Part shown: piece by piece, positions 27,023-36,112 of the stretch
Position numbering within the stretch: the stretch's first letter is position 1
Layout of the letters: every line of letters starts with the position of its first letter
Virus record (IMG/VR): IMGVR_UViG_3300025121_000011
Span: 1-64,000 of that record
Strand: one strand, 5' to 3'
Length of the DNA stretch: 64,000 nt
Program-made: the position numbers and the translations under genes
The notes under the pieces: generated by a model
Told to the model about the DNA's origin: nothing
Databases searched by the model: none
The model's input: only the letters and a program-made list of their open reading frames with translations

Positions 27023-28417
27023 ATGAAAAAAATTTCTCAAATAGTTGCTGCTTGGCCTCAATTATATAGTAAATTAAAAACTCCTCCACAAGGCGTTAAT
27101 CTTGGAGGATTTTCATCTAAATTGCCGCCTCAAAGTCAGATTATTTTTGAAAATCAACCTAATACAGAAAATCCTCAAGCTATAGCTTATGTTTCATCTG
27201 GAGATAATCAGGATGGTGTAATTGATAAAATTCATGTTGTTGTACCTCGATTAGAGCAAGAGTTTAGACGCCTTGGTATTACTGGGGATACAAATGATCC
27301 GGAAAATCTAACCAAAATGCTTGCAGCCTTTGTAGAGATTTTATCTCATGAGATTGGTCATATACAAGATTTTGATCCAAATAATAAACAAAATCCATTT
27401 CCAGGTAATGAGCCTAGAGCAGAACAGGCGGCCCGAGAAGCACTTTCTCAATTTTCCGTACAAGGTACTACTAATATTCGAGATAGATTTAACAAACACA
27501 TTAATAATGGTGGGAGACAATTAATGATTAATATTTTATCTAAGCTTAATAAACTGGCATCAGATTTGGATGCTAAAAAGCAATATGAATTAGCAGACGA
27601 AGCAGATCGTATAGCAAGAGGTATGCTTAATGTTAAAGCTGAAGATGAAGATTGGGTGGGACGTGAAAAGATGCCCCCACAGAGTTCGGCGGAAGCATTA
27701 CCACCAGAAATGAATCCACCTCAAACTGGAGCATTAAGTCAATATGACAAGTCTAGGAATGCTCAAAAGGGATCAATTCAACCCCCTGGTGATAAAAATT
27801 ATACATATGATTATCTTCCAGAAGAAGATGCATTTATTGTTAGAACTGCTCCACCAGCTAATTACAAGGCCGTAGGGGCACGTTTAAGGAAGGGAACTAA
27901 AGCTTATAAGATATTGGAACAGTACATTCCAAAAACAGAAAATCAACCTGTAGCAAGTGGACCAATTAATGAAGACGGTAATACGGTAGCATTAAGAGGT
28001 GTTTTAAATCAGTTTAAGCGAGCATTAGAGAAAAATGCTTGGGGTGAAGACATTACTAATTTATTTAAGTCTACTGCTGCTATTACAAGTACATCTGCGG
28101 ATTTTTTAAATAAATTTTTAAATGCAAAAGGTATAGAGATTTTAATTAAATCACCACTTGAATTACAAGAACTTGGTAATGTATTGAAGTCTGAAATACG
28201 TAATCAGAATATACAATTTAAGCATAAAAATAAAGAATCTTTGGTACAGATGGTTTCAGCTATTGAAGGGCTTGCTAAGAAGTCTAAGGAAAATGAACAA
28301 ATCCAGCCAAATGCCAAGAATTTAAGTGATAAGTTAAAGAAAGCTGCATCATTAGATATTAAATCTAATATGGAAGTGGCATTTGGGACTTCATGTAGAA
28401 CTCCATTTGGAAGGTAA
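27023..28417 (+). CDS. HExxH metalloprotease-like N-domain fused to a leader-motif protein; probable nested in-frame start at 27524
   Basis: LSHEIGH...E motif; internal GGGAGA RBS plus ATG 27524 giving MINILSKLNKLASDLDAKKQYELADEADRI. Confidence 0.75.
   Translation: MKKISQIVAAWPQLYSKLKTPPQGVNLGGFSSKLPPQSQIIFENQPNTENPQAIAYVSSGDNQDGVIDKIHVVVPRLEQEFRRLGITGDTNDPENLTKMLAAFVEILSHEIGHIQDFDPNNKQNPFPGNEPRAEQAAREALSQFSVQGTTNIRDRFNKHINNGGRQLMINILSKLNKLASDLDAKKQYELADEADRIARGMLNVKAEDEDWVGREKMPPQSSAEALPPEMNPPQTGALSQYDKSRNAQKGSIQPPGDKNYTYDYLPEEDAFIVRTAPPANYKAVGARLRKGTKAYKILEQYIPKTENQPVASGPINEDGNTVALRGVLNQFKRALEKNAWGEDITNLFKSTAAITSTSADFLNKFLNAKGIEILIKSPLELQELGNVLKSEIRNQNIQFKHKNKESLVQMVSAIEGLAKKSKENEQIQPNAKNLSDKLKKAASLDIKSNMEVAFGTSCRTPFGR
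27469..27475 (+). promoter_or_regulatory. Intragenic TACTAAT candidate late promoter
   Basis: 48 nt upstream of internal ATG 27524. Confidence 0.45.
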
Positions 28418-28419
28418 AA

Positions 28420-30192
28420 ATGTTTGAAACGTCAAAGCTGCTTGCAAAGCTAGCTACAGAGTTGGATGAAAATGGGTATCTGGATTGGGCAGATCAAATC
28501 GATGATATAGAAAATATCACAACTGATGTAGATGTTGCCTCGGGGCAACACATGCCCGCTGGAGATGCACAATGGACACACCCAACTGTTTGTGCAAGTC
28601 TTAGTAAGAAGTCTATGGGACTTATGGATGTGCCAATTGGTGATTTGGATTATGCTAATAGACAGGGTATACCAGATGATGACATGGATAAGCAGTTATT
28701 TTCTGGAGAAGAAGACGGTGTATCTATGCCACCAATCAATAGAAAATATCATGAGGTAGATGATATGGAAATTCCACTTAAAAAGCTTGAAGAATATTTT
28801 AAATCTCATGGATTATATAAGCAGGCAAAAGACATTTCTGCAATCAGAATTGCTAATCTGGGTGGGCCAATAACTACAGGTGGGACTGCTGGAACTGTTG
28901 CCGGTGCTTCGGCTGGTACTGTCGGTGGATTAACAATTGGAACAGCTTTAGGAGTATTATTTCCACCTTTGTTACCAGTTTCAACTGTTTTAGGTTCTGT
29001 TATTGGAGCTTTTAGTGGTGGTATTGCCGGAAAATATACCGGAGAAGAGATTCAGGCAAAGATAAAAAAATATCTTGATGATAGGCCACCTCAAAAAGAA
29101 GAACTAATGAGAGTAACTAATCGACTTAGAGAGATTCGCAATACTTTAATTACTAAATATAAGTTAACAGAACCAGAAATTGAGTCAATCATTGCTGGCA
29201 GGGTAAATGTAAACTCTTTAATATCTAGTAAATTTCCGGGAAAAGATGAAAAGGAGCTTGTAGCGTTAATTTCAGAATATGATAAATTAGTTAAACGTTT
29301 CACACAAATAATTTCTGAAGGTCTTAAAGAAGAAACTAGTTCCGATTCTAAAGGCATCTCAGAAGGAGAACCCGTTAGTACTGGACGAATAGAAGAATCT
29401 AGTCCCGCTAAAACACGAGGAAATAATTCAGTTGCTAAATTGCAAAAACTTATTGGAGTGACTTCAGATGGTATTTGGGGGCCTGAGACATCCGAAGCGT
29501 GGAACAAATTTATAAATAATAATAAAGACGAGATTTTAAAAGAATTTCCTGAGGCCGATCTAGAAGCTACTAAGAATAATTGGCCCGCTGTTGCAAAATT
29601 TTATAAACTGACTCCAGATGCCATTGGTATTTTACAATTTGCTCAAGCAATTGTAAATACATCAGCAGAAGCACCAGCAGTAACACCAGAAGCAGTAACA
29701 CCAGAAGCAGTAACACCAGAAGCAGTAACACCAGAAGAAACACCGGCAATAACTTCAGATGAAGTTTTAAAGGCTCTCACAATGCTTTCTACTAGTGATG
29801 AGCCACATATGTCTGAGGGAAATGGTAAGACGGTAAAATCTCTTGACGGGGTTATTTCTAATAGACGTACTAATAGATATATTAGACACTTAGGTAAAGT
29901 TGCTGATGGAGATGGAAACGATATTCAAAATGTTGCAAATCTTATGGTTTCAAGATATGGAGATGCTATGCAGGCTGAGCTTCAAACAGCTAAAAAAACT
30001 CATGAAGCAACTGATATGCCGGATTATAATGCAAAACATAGGGCAGATCATTTGAATTATATTGTTTATAAGTATCTTCAGAGGGCTTGGGGAGCATTAA
30101 GTAAGAATCCCGAATCAAGCAGACGAGATGAGAGAGCGGCTAGACGAGAAAGAAAACAAGAAAATAGGGGACAGCGAAGATTAGCCCGATAA
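28420..30192 (+). CDS. Putative virion protein: leader motif, glycine-zipper TM region, peptidoglycan-binding-like motif
   Basis: LLAKLATELDENGYLDWADQID; GxxxG-rich hydrophobic region; VAKLQKLIGVTSDGIWGPETSEA resembles PG_binding_1. Confidence 0.75.
   Translation: MFETSKLLAKLATELDENGYLDWADQIDDIENITTDVDVASGQHMPAGDAQWTHPTVCASLSKKSMGLMDVPIGDLDYANRQGIPDDDMDKQLFSGEEDGVSMPPINRKYHEVDDMEIPLKKLEEYFKSHGLYKQAKDISAIRIANLGGPITTGGTAGTVAGASAGTVGGLTIGTALGVLFPPLLPVSTVLGSVIGAFSGGIAGKYTGEEIQAKIKKYLDDRPPQKEELMRVTNRLREIRNTLITKYKLTEPEIESIIAGRVNVNSLISSKFPGKDEKELVALISEYDKLVKRFTQIISEGLKEETSSDSKGISEGEPVSTGRIEESSPAKTRGNNSVAKLQKLIGVTSDGIWGPETSEAWNKFINNNKDEILKEFPEADLEATKNNWPAVAKFYKLTPDAIGILQFAQAIVNTSAEAPAVTPEAVTPEAVTPEAVTPEETPAITSDEVLKALTMLSTSDEPHMSEGNGKTVKSLDGVISNRRTNRYIRHLGKVADGDGNDIQNVANLMVSRYGDAMQAELQTAKKTHEATDMPDYNAKHRADHLNYIVYKYLQRAWGALSKNPESSRRDERAARRERKQENRGQRRLAR
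29677..29736 (+). repeat. 15-bp coding tandem repeat x4 (AVTPE)
   Basis: Four exact copies of GCAGTAACACCAGAA. Confidence 0.95.
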
Positions 30193-30273
30193 TTTATATC
30201 TAAAAATATTTACATATAAAAATTTTTCATATGGTAACTCCTTCATAAGTATCTTTAATTTCAAGGAGTTGAT

Positions 30274-30732
30274 ATGAGTAAATTGTCAAGATTGCATCCA
30301 ATGGCAATAGGTTTGTTAACCGTTAAGCGTACAGAGATACCTTTATCTGAATTTGTGATCTCTGCTTATACGATGATCGATCAACGATCAGAATCTTTAA
30401 CAGATAAGTGGATTAAAGATATAAATAGTTGGTGTGAAAAAATATTATTAGGTATGTCTCTTGGAAATGAATATTCTTTAAAAATTGGAGATATAATAAA
30501 TATTAAAGATGTTACTGTAATTAAGCGTCGAGCAAAGAAATATAAAACTTCGGGATATCCAGCCTTAATTACAAAAGATTTTTATGGTTGGAAATATTGG
30601 ATGATTTGTCCAAAAGCATTTGAATTTGCAGTTGGAGAGCGGGTTTCAATTACTGGAACTATCAGAGATATTAAAGATGGGATGGTCTTTTTGCGTCAAC
30701 CTAGTGATGTAATTTCTTTTAAAAATAAATAA
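30274..30732 (+). CDS. Hypothetical protein, possible OB-fold C-terminus
   Basis: AAGGAG RBS; FAVGERVSITGTIRDIKDGMVFL. Confidence 0.65.
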   Translation: MSKLSRLHPMAIGLLTVKRTEIPLSEFVISAYTMIDQRSESLTDKWIKDINSWCEKILLGMSLGNEYSLKIGDIINIKDVTVIKRRAKKYKTSGYPALITKDFYGWKYWMICPKAFEFAVGERVSITGTIRDIKDGMVFLRQPSDVISFKNK

Positions 30733-30736
30733 GTCT

Positions 30737-30804
30737 ATAATATTTTCTCCAGGTACATTCCTGGTGGCTCACGCGTTTGGCGTGTGTTCTGGAGAAAATA
30801 TTAT
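30737..30804 (+). promoter_or_regulatory. RBS-sequestering 16-bp inverted repeat with alternative hairpins upstream of purA
   Basis: ATAATATTTTCTCCAG(30737-52) is the perfect reverse complement of CTGGAGAAAATATTAT(30789-804), which holds the RBS and the AT of the ATG. Confidence 0.7.
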
Positions 30805-31804
30805 GATTGAATATGCTGATGTAGTATGTGGTGTATCTTTTGGTGACGAAGCAAAAGGTAAAGTAACTAGTTTTTTGGCTGCTACAGGTAATTATAATAT
30901 TGTAGCTAGGTTTGGCGGAGGAAATAACGCGGGCCATACAGTATATGTTGATGGTAAAAAATATAAGACGCATTTGGTTCCCTCTGGAGTGTTTCACGGA
31001 ATAACATCGGTTATTGGTCCGGGATGTGTTCTGCATCCAGAATCCTTTAATAAGGAATTGGAATACTTGTCAGAAAATGGATTTGATACATCTTTGGTAA
31101 AGGTTTCACCAAAATGTCATATTGTTCAGGAAAAGCATATTGAATTTGATAAGAAAAATTTATCTAATTTATTAGGTACAACTGCTCGTGGAATAGCACC
31201 GGTATATGCCGACAAGTATGCTAGAATAGGCATATTGGCTGAACAAGTTTTATCAGAAGAATTGTTGTGGCGTGATACTCTACATGGTAGAATATTATGT
31301 GAGGGGGCTCAAGGGATTTGGCTAGATATTGATTATGGTACATATCCATATGTAACTTCCAGTGTTACTCTTCCATATGCGGCTTGTAGTTTAGGATTTC
31401 CGCCTCAAAAGATTAGACATATTTGGGGAGCTGCTAAAGCGTATGATACTAGAAGTGGGGTAGATCCATTATTTCCAGAATCTTTATTAGATGATCCAAT
31501 CTTATTAAATATAGCTGATGCTGGATCAGAATATGGTGTAACAACAGGTCGTAGGCGTAAAGTCAATTGGTTAGATCTTGATCGCCTAATTAAGGCCGTT
31601 AATATAACTGGAACAACGCATATTGTAATAAGCAAATTTGATGTTTTAGAGATGGTAGGAGCTTTTAAATTATTTCGAAATAAACAGTTAATGGATTTTT
31701 GTTGTTTGTTGGATATGGAAGATTTCATTGATATAGAATTAGAAACGAATTGTCCACTTCTGGTTGAGCGACATCACGCATTTTCTCCAGAAACAATAGA
31801 TTAG
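30803..31804 (+). CDS. purA: Adenylosuccinate synthetase (short, 333 aa)
   Basis: FGDEAKGK, GGNNAGHT, GTTARGI, EGAQG, GTYPYVTSS, EYGVTTGRRR. Confidence 0.96.
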   Translation: MIEYADVVCGVSFGDEAKGKVTSFLAATGNYNIVARFGGGNNAGHTVYVDGKKYKTHLVPSGVFHGITSVIGPGCVLHPESFNKELEYLSENGFDTSLVKVSPKCHIVQEKHIEFDKKNLSNLLGTTARGIAPVYADKYARIGILAEQVLSEELLWRDTLHGRILCEGAQGIWLDIDYGTYPYVTSSVTLPYAACSLGFPPQKIRHIWGAAKAYDTRSGVDPLFPESLLDDPILLNIADAGSEYGVTTGRRRKVNWLDLDRLIKAVNITGTTHIVISKFDVLEMVGAFKLFRNKQLMDFCCLLDMEDFIDIELETNCPLLVERHHAFSPETID

Positions 31805-31810
31805 GTGATT

Positions 31811-32635
31811 ATGAAAGATATCGTTTTATTTTATCACGCAAAGTGCTCTGATGGATTTGGGGCAGCTTATGCTTTTTGGTGCAAGTTTAAAGATCAGATA
31901 TCATATGTGCCTTTAGAACATTTTAAACGCGTATATTTTGATATAGAGGCGTGTCGTGGAAAAACTGTTTTTATGGTTGATATTTCTCTTGATAGGGAAG
32001 CCATGTTAGCTCTTAAAAGGGTTGCAAAAGAGTTAATAGTCTTAGATCATCATAAGTCAGCTCAATTAGAAATCGGAGATCTTGATTTTTGCTTATTTGA
32101 TATGAATTCATCTGGAGCAATTTTAGCTTGGAATTATTTATTTAATACACCGGCCCCACTGTTGTTGCAGTGTGTACAAGATAGAGATTTGTGGAGTTGG
32201 AAAATTCCACATTCTGAAGAGATTCTTCTGTGTTGTGATTCTTTTGATAAGTCATTTGATAATTGGGATAAATTACGTAATGAATGTGATTCAGAATATG
32301 AGTTATTAAAAGTTATTGAGGCTGGAACAACAATTAAGAGATATGCTAAGAATATTCTTAATGATCTTTTTTCTCAAATATTTAAAACGAATATTAAAGG
32401 TTATTTTGTACCTATTATTAATACACCTTTATTTAGAAATGACATTATTTCTATTATGGCAAAAAATCAACCATTTGCAGCCGGATACCATTTTAATGGA
32501 GATTGTTATATTTTTTCTCTACGATCAGATTGTAATGGAATAGATGTATCTGAAATAGCCAGTTATTTTCCAGGTGGCGGAGGTCACTTTCACTCAGCTG
32601 GGTTCGTTGTGAGAACATTAGAAGAACTTAAATAA
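31811..32635 (+). CDS. DHH/DHHA1 phosphoesterase
   Basis: YH..CSDG, VD, LDHHKS, DRDLW, SLRS, GGGH..SAG. Confidence 0.88.
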   Translation: MKDIVLFYHAKCSDGFGAAYAFWCKFKDQISYVPLEHFKRVYFDIEACRGKTVFMVDISLDREAMLALKRVAKELIVLDHHKSAQLEIGDLDFCLFDMNSSGAILAWNYLFNTPAPLLLQCVQDRDLWSWKIPHSEEILLCCDSFDKSFDNWDKLRNECDSEYELLKVIEAGTTIKRYAKNILNDLFSQIFKTNIKGYFVPIINTPLFRNDIISIMAKNQPFAAGYHFNGDCYIFSLRSDCNGIDVSEIASYFPGGGGHFHSAGFVVRTLEELK

Positions 32636-32677
32636 TGTTATATCTTCTGGGTACAAAAAAATTACAGGAACTGAATT

Positions 32678-33409
32678 ATGGAATCAAATGAATTATATGA
32701 CAGATATACAAAAGCGGTGCAACAAGCTTGGCTTGTCAAGCATAATACAGAAGAGTTAATAAATTTATCATATGAAGATATTCGAATTCTAATTGAATTA
32801 GATACAAGTCTTGTTCAAAATATTGTTGAAATTTCTCAAGCTATTGCTAATCTTAATGATTGGCTTATTAATAAATTTTATTATTCTATAGCTCGGCAGC
32901 ATTTAGATAAAATAAGACAATGGGAAAAGAGTAGTTTAAATTTTGAGTTTTTAGCAAGTAGAGTGTATTTTTCGGAATATTATGATTTTGATATTTTTAA
33001 TAGATTAACATATAGCCCTCGGGCCACACATAGACTTCTTGGCATCAAGTTTTGTAATGAAGATGAGTTGTTAAAGTTATCAGAAGATGCAGACATTCGT
33101 GTTAGAAAAGAAGCCTTAATAAGACTGGGTTATAAAGCTTTAGATAGGATGTTAAAGGATTCTAGATGTGAAATTCGAGAGGCTGGAGTTATAATTTCTC
33201 CAATGGAGTATCCTGGGTTAATAGAAATGAAGGATGATTTGTCATTTAAGGTTGTTGCACATTTGGTGAGAAAAATAGATATTAAGGAGTTACCATATAT
33301 TTTAGGAAATAGAAATTTTAAAAAGAACAATAGAATTAGGAAAATTATTGAAGAACGAATGTCCATTAATGGAGCGCCACATGAAACTACAGAAAAGAAA
33401 GACATATAA
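32678..33409 (+). CDS. HEAT-like repeat protein with C-terminal motif B
   Basis: LSEDADIRVRKEAL / LKDSRCEIRE / KDDLSFKVV repeats; ends ELPYILGNR...IRKIIEERM. Confidence 0.7.
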   Translation: MESNELYDRYTKAVQQAWLVKHNTEELINLSYEDIRILIELDTSLVQNIVEISQAIANLNDWLINKFYYSIARQHLDKIRQWEKSSLNFEFLASRVYFSEYYDFDIFNRLTYSPRATHRLLGIKFCNEDELLKLSEDADIRVRKEALIRLGYKALDRMLKDSRCEIREAGVIISPMEYPGLIEMKDDLSFKVVAHLVRKIDIKELPYILGNRNFKKNNRIRKIIEERMSINGAPHETTEKKDI

Positions 33410-33563
33410 GGTTAAGATAACAAACAGTCAGAATCAAAGAGTGGATTATCATGATGAACTTAGTCGACGGGATTTAGAGTGGATTCAGACATGTCCACAT
33501 TTACAAATAGAGATTATTGAAGTAAACCTTACAGATGTCGAAGAAGATGATGGAGTTGAATAA
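33381..33563 (+). CDS. Small hypothetical protein
   Basis: GGAG RBS before ATG 33381. Confidence 0.5.
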   Translation: MKLQKRKTYKVKITNSQNQRVDYHDELSRRDLEWIQTCPHLQIEIIEVNLTDVEEDDGVE

Positions 33564-34134
33564 TAAAACCTCATTAATCCTTCTTTTTTTAATTCCATTT
33601 TTATTATGCGGATATATTCCTAAAAATTATAAACCATTAGCTGATGTATCTTTTGAAATAGTAGAACAGTTTGATGATTCTAAAATATATAGACCAACAA
33701 ATACAATATTTTCAGGTCAATTTATTTCTAAAGAAGTATCTCTTATTAAAGATAGTTTAATGGATTTTTCAAAAGAATGGCGATTGCCAGAGAAATCATG
33801 TAAAAGTCTTGATGTCGATTATTATGTGATAGATAGTAAAATTATTAATGATGTAAAAAGATTCCCATTAACATTAAATGATATTTCAGATCGATGGGCT
33901 ATGTATAGCCCGTATCACGAGAAATCTGGTTATTCTGTTATTATGTTGGCAAATTCAACATATTCTACATCAAGAATTAATAGCGTAATTTTAGCTCATG
34001 AATATGCTCATTATGTCTATGATAAAAATTGTTGGAGTGACTATTGGTCTGGTAATACAGAAACTTTTGCGCAGGCATTTCATAAATATTATGGATTAAA
34101 TAGATTTGGGAGAATATATAATGCGGTTAGATAA
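33535..34134 (+). CDS. Exported HExxH metalloprotease-like protein
   Basis: N-terminal hydrophobic signal; LAHEYAH followed by a downstream E. Confidence 0.65.
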   Translation: MSKKMMELNNKTSLILLFLIPFLLCGYIPKNYKPLADVSFEIVEQFDDSKIYRPTNTIFSGQFISKEVSLIKDSLMDFSKEWRLPEKSCKSLDVDYYVIDSKIINDVKRFPLTLNDISDRWAMYSPYHEKSGYSVIMLANSTYSTSRINSVILAHEYAHYVYDKNCWSDYWSGNTETFAQAFHKYYGLNRFGRIYNAVR

Positions 34135-35674
34135 AATTAAAAGATGTTTGGCATATGATGATGTATTGCTGGTACCAAATAAATTATCAACTGGATTATC
34201 TAGATTGGATATGGATTTATCAACTTTAGTTGGTAATTTAAATTTGAAAATTCCAATTGTGTCATCACCAATGGATACTGTTACCGAATCTGAAATGGCT
34301 ATTGAAATAGGTCGGCTTGGTGGATTGGGAATATTGCATAGATTCAATACCCCGCAAGAACAGGCTGAAATGATTCGTGTCATGCTTTTACCGCCGAATG
34401 CAATGAAGGTCGGACGTTCAGCATATATCGCACCAGCAATTGGTGTAACTAAAGATGAATTGGAGAGAGCCAAATATCTATATAATGAATTTGGTAAAAC
34501 AATTGATATGATGGTTGTTGACGTAGCAAACGGATATCATGTATTAATGCGGGATACAGTTAAATATATTCAAGATTTAACACAGGGTGATGTACAAATT
34601 ATGGCTGGAAATGTTGCTACAGAAGAGGGGTTTTTGTTTTTGGCAGAATTAGGGGTAAATGCGGTCAGAGTTGGAATCGGGGGAGGATGTCACACTGCTG
34701 ATACAAAAGTCTTGATGACTACTGGTTATTATAAAAATATAAATCAGGTCATAATTGGAGATTGGGTTATAAATAAATTTGGTCAACCGGTACAAGTTAA
34801 GGGTGTGATAAACAATGGATACAAAAAGGTTGTTAAGGTTTGTGTTGCAAACTGGAAAGAGCCTATTTATGTTACACCAGAACATGAATATTGGCGAGCC
34901 AGTTTATCCAATGTAGATTGCTTTCCAGATGAAGAGTGTGTTAATTTTAAATTAAGTTGGGCGCCGATTGGTGAAATTGAAAGGGGAGATGTTTTATTAA
35001 CTCCTAGAAATATAGAATTTGATGGGGTCGAGAATGGACTTTCATATTATTATTCTGAGGTTATCTCTATAGAAGAATGTCCTATAGATATGGAGGTTTG
35101 GGATATAGAGATAGATTGTCCAACTCACAGTTTTGTAGCCAACAATTTGATTGTTCACAACTCCATTTGTAAGACTCGAATACAAACAGGATTTGGCATG
35201 CCAACTTTGGCTTCTATTGATGATTGCGCTGATGCTGCAATAAAAACAGGTGTTTCTATTATAGCTGATGGTGGAATTAAATATCCTTCTGATGTTGCTA
35301 AAGGAATTGCGGCTGGTGCGTCCGCAGTAATGTGTGGCGGTATTTTAGCCGGAACAAAAGAATCTCCTGGCGAAGTTATTTATGATAAAGAAGGAAAAGC
35401 TTGGAAGAAGTATCGAGGTATGGCGAGTACTGAAGTGCAAAACGAAAAAAGAGGAGGAATGAAAAAGGGTACTTGTGCGGAAGGTGTATCGACATTAATC
35501 CCATATCAAGGTAGCTTAAAAAGAGTAATTGAAGAATTTACAGGAGGTATTCGCTCTGCTCTTACTTATAATAACTCTAAAACACTTGATAACTTTAGAG
35601 AAACAGCTTTGTTTGTAGAAATTACAGGTTCTGGACTTTCAGAATCTCATGCTTATGGAACAGTAAAAAGATAG
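34121..35674 (+). CDS. guaB: IMP dehydrogenase (GuaB family, no CBS subdomain), intein-containing
   Basis: YDDVLLVP, SSPMDTVTE, GGLGILHR, AGNVAT, GIGGG|SICKTR, ADGGIK, YRGMAS, AEGV; GMP reductase not excluded. Confidence 0.9.
   Translation: MRLDKIKRCLAYDDVLLVPNKLSTGLSRLDMDLSTLVGNLNLKIPIVSSPMDTVTESEMAIEIGRLGGLGILHRFNTPQEQAEMIRVMLLPPNAMKVGRSAYIAPAIGVTKDELERAKYLYNEFGKTIDMMVVDVANGYHVLMRDTVKYIQDLTQGDVQIMAGNVATEEGFLFLAELGVNAVRVGIGGGCHTADTKVLMTTGYYKNINQVIIGDWVINKFGQPVQVKGVINNGYKKVVKVCVANWKEPIYVTPEHEYWRASLSNVDCFPDEECVNFKLSWAPIGEIERGDVLLTPRNIEFDGVENGLSYYYSEVISIEECPIDMEVWDIEIDCPTHSFVANNLIVHNSICKTRIQTGFGMPTLASIDDCADAAIKTGVSIIADGGIKYPSDVAKGIAAGASAVMCGGILAGTKESPGEVIYDKEGKAWKKYRGMASTEVQNEKRGGMKKGTCAEGVSTLIPYQGSLKRVIEEFTGGIRSALTYNNSKTLDNFRETALFVEITGSGLSESHAYGTVKR
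34688..35161 (+). mobile_element. Mini-intein (158 aa, no endonuclease) in guaB
   Basis: Starts CHTADT; block B VTPEH; VWDIEI...HSFVANNLIVHN then Ser+1. Confidence 0.93.
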
Positions 35675-35682
35675 GAGAAAAA

Positions 35683-36015
35683 ATGGATGAAAAAACGGTA
35701 GTAGAAGCAACTTCAACGCCTGAGTCGATTATTGAGTCTATTAAAAATGGCGAATTAACAGATCTTTTGAAAAGAGTTAAAGATGCTCAGGCAAAATTAG
35801 CTGAATTTAAAACATGTGAACAGGGGTCGGCATCGCGTGAATTAAAGCCTAATGAAATAGCCGGGATTACATCTTTAATTCTGAAGGATATGATGGATTT
35901 AAAAAGGTTACTTGGGTCTGATGAAGAATTATCCGCACTCATTAATCTTGTAATTAAAGCCGGAGTAATGCAACACGGTCGCATGCTTGGTGTAAAGATC
36001 ACTGAAGCGAAATAA
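35683..36015 (+). CDS. Hypothetical protein
   Basis: AGGAG RBS. Confidence 0.7.
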   Translation: MDEKTVVEATSTPESIIESIKNGELTDLLKRVKDAQAKLAEFKTCEQGSASRELKPNEIAGITSLILKDMMDLKRLLGSDEELSALINLVIKAGVMQHGRMLGVKITEAK

Positions 36016-36112
36016 TTATATAGATATAAAGAAAATCCGCAATGTAAGGTGGAGTTGGCGCTGAGAACAATTTCTTGGTTAGCGATATTATTTTAATGAG
36101 GAGAAAAAATAA

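Noticed and set aside
30803-31804. PurZ (Z-genome pathway)
   Set aside because: Keeps the PurA catalytic Asp (GDEAKG); PurZ has Ser at that position
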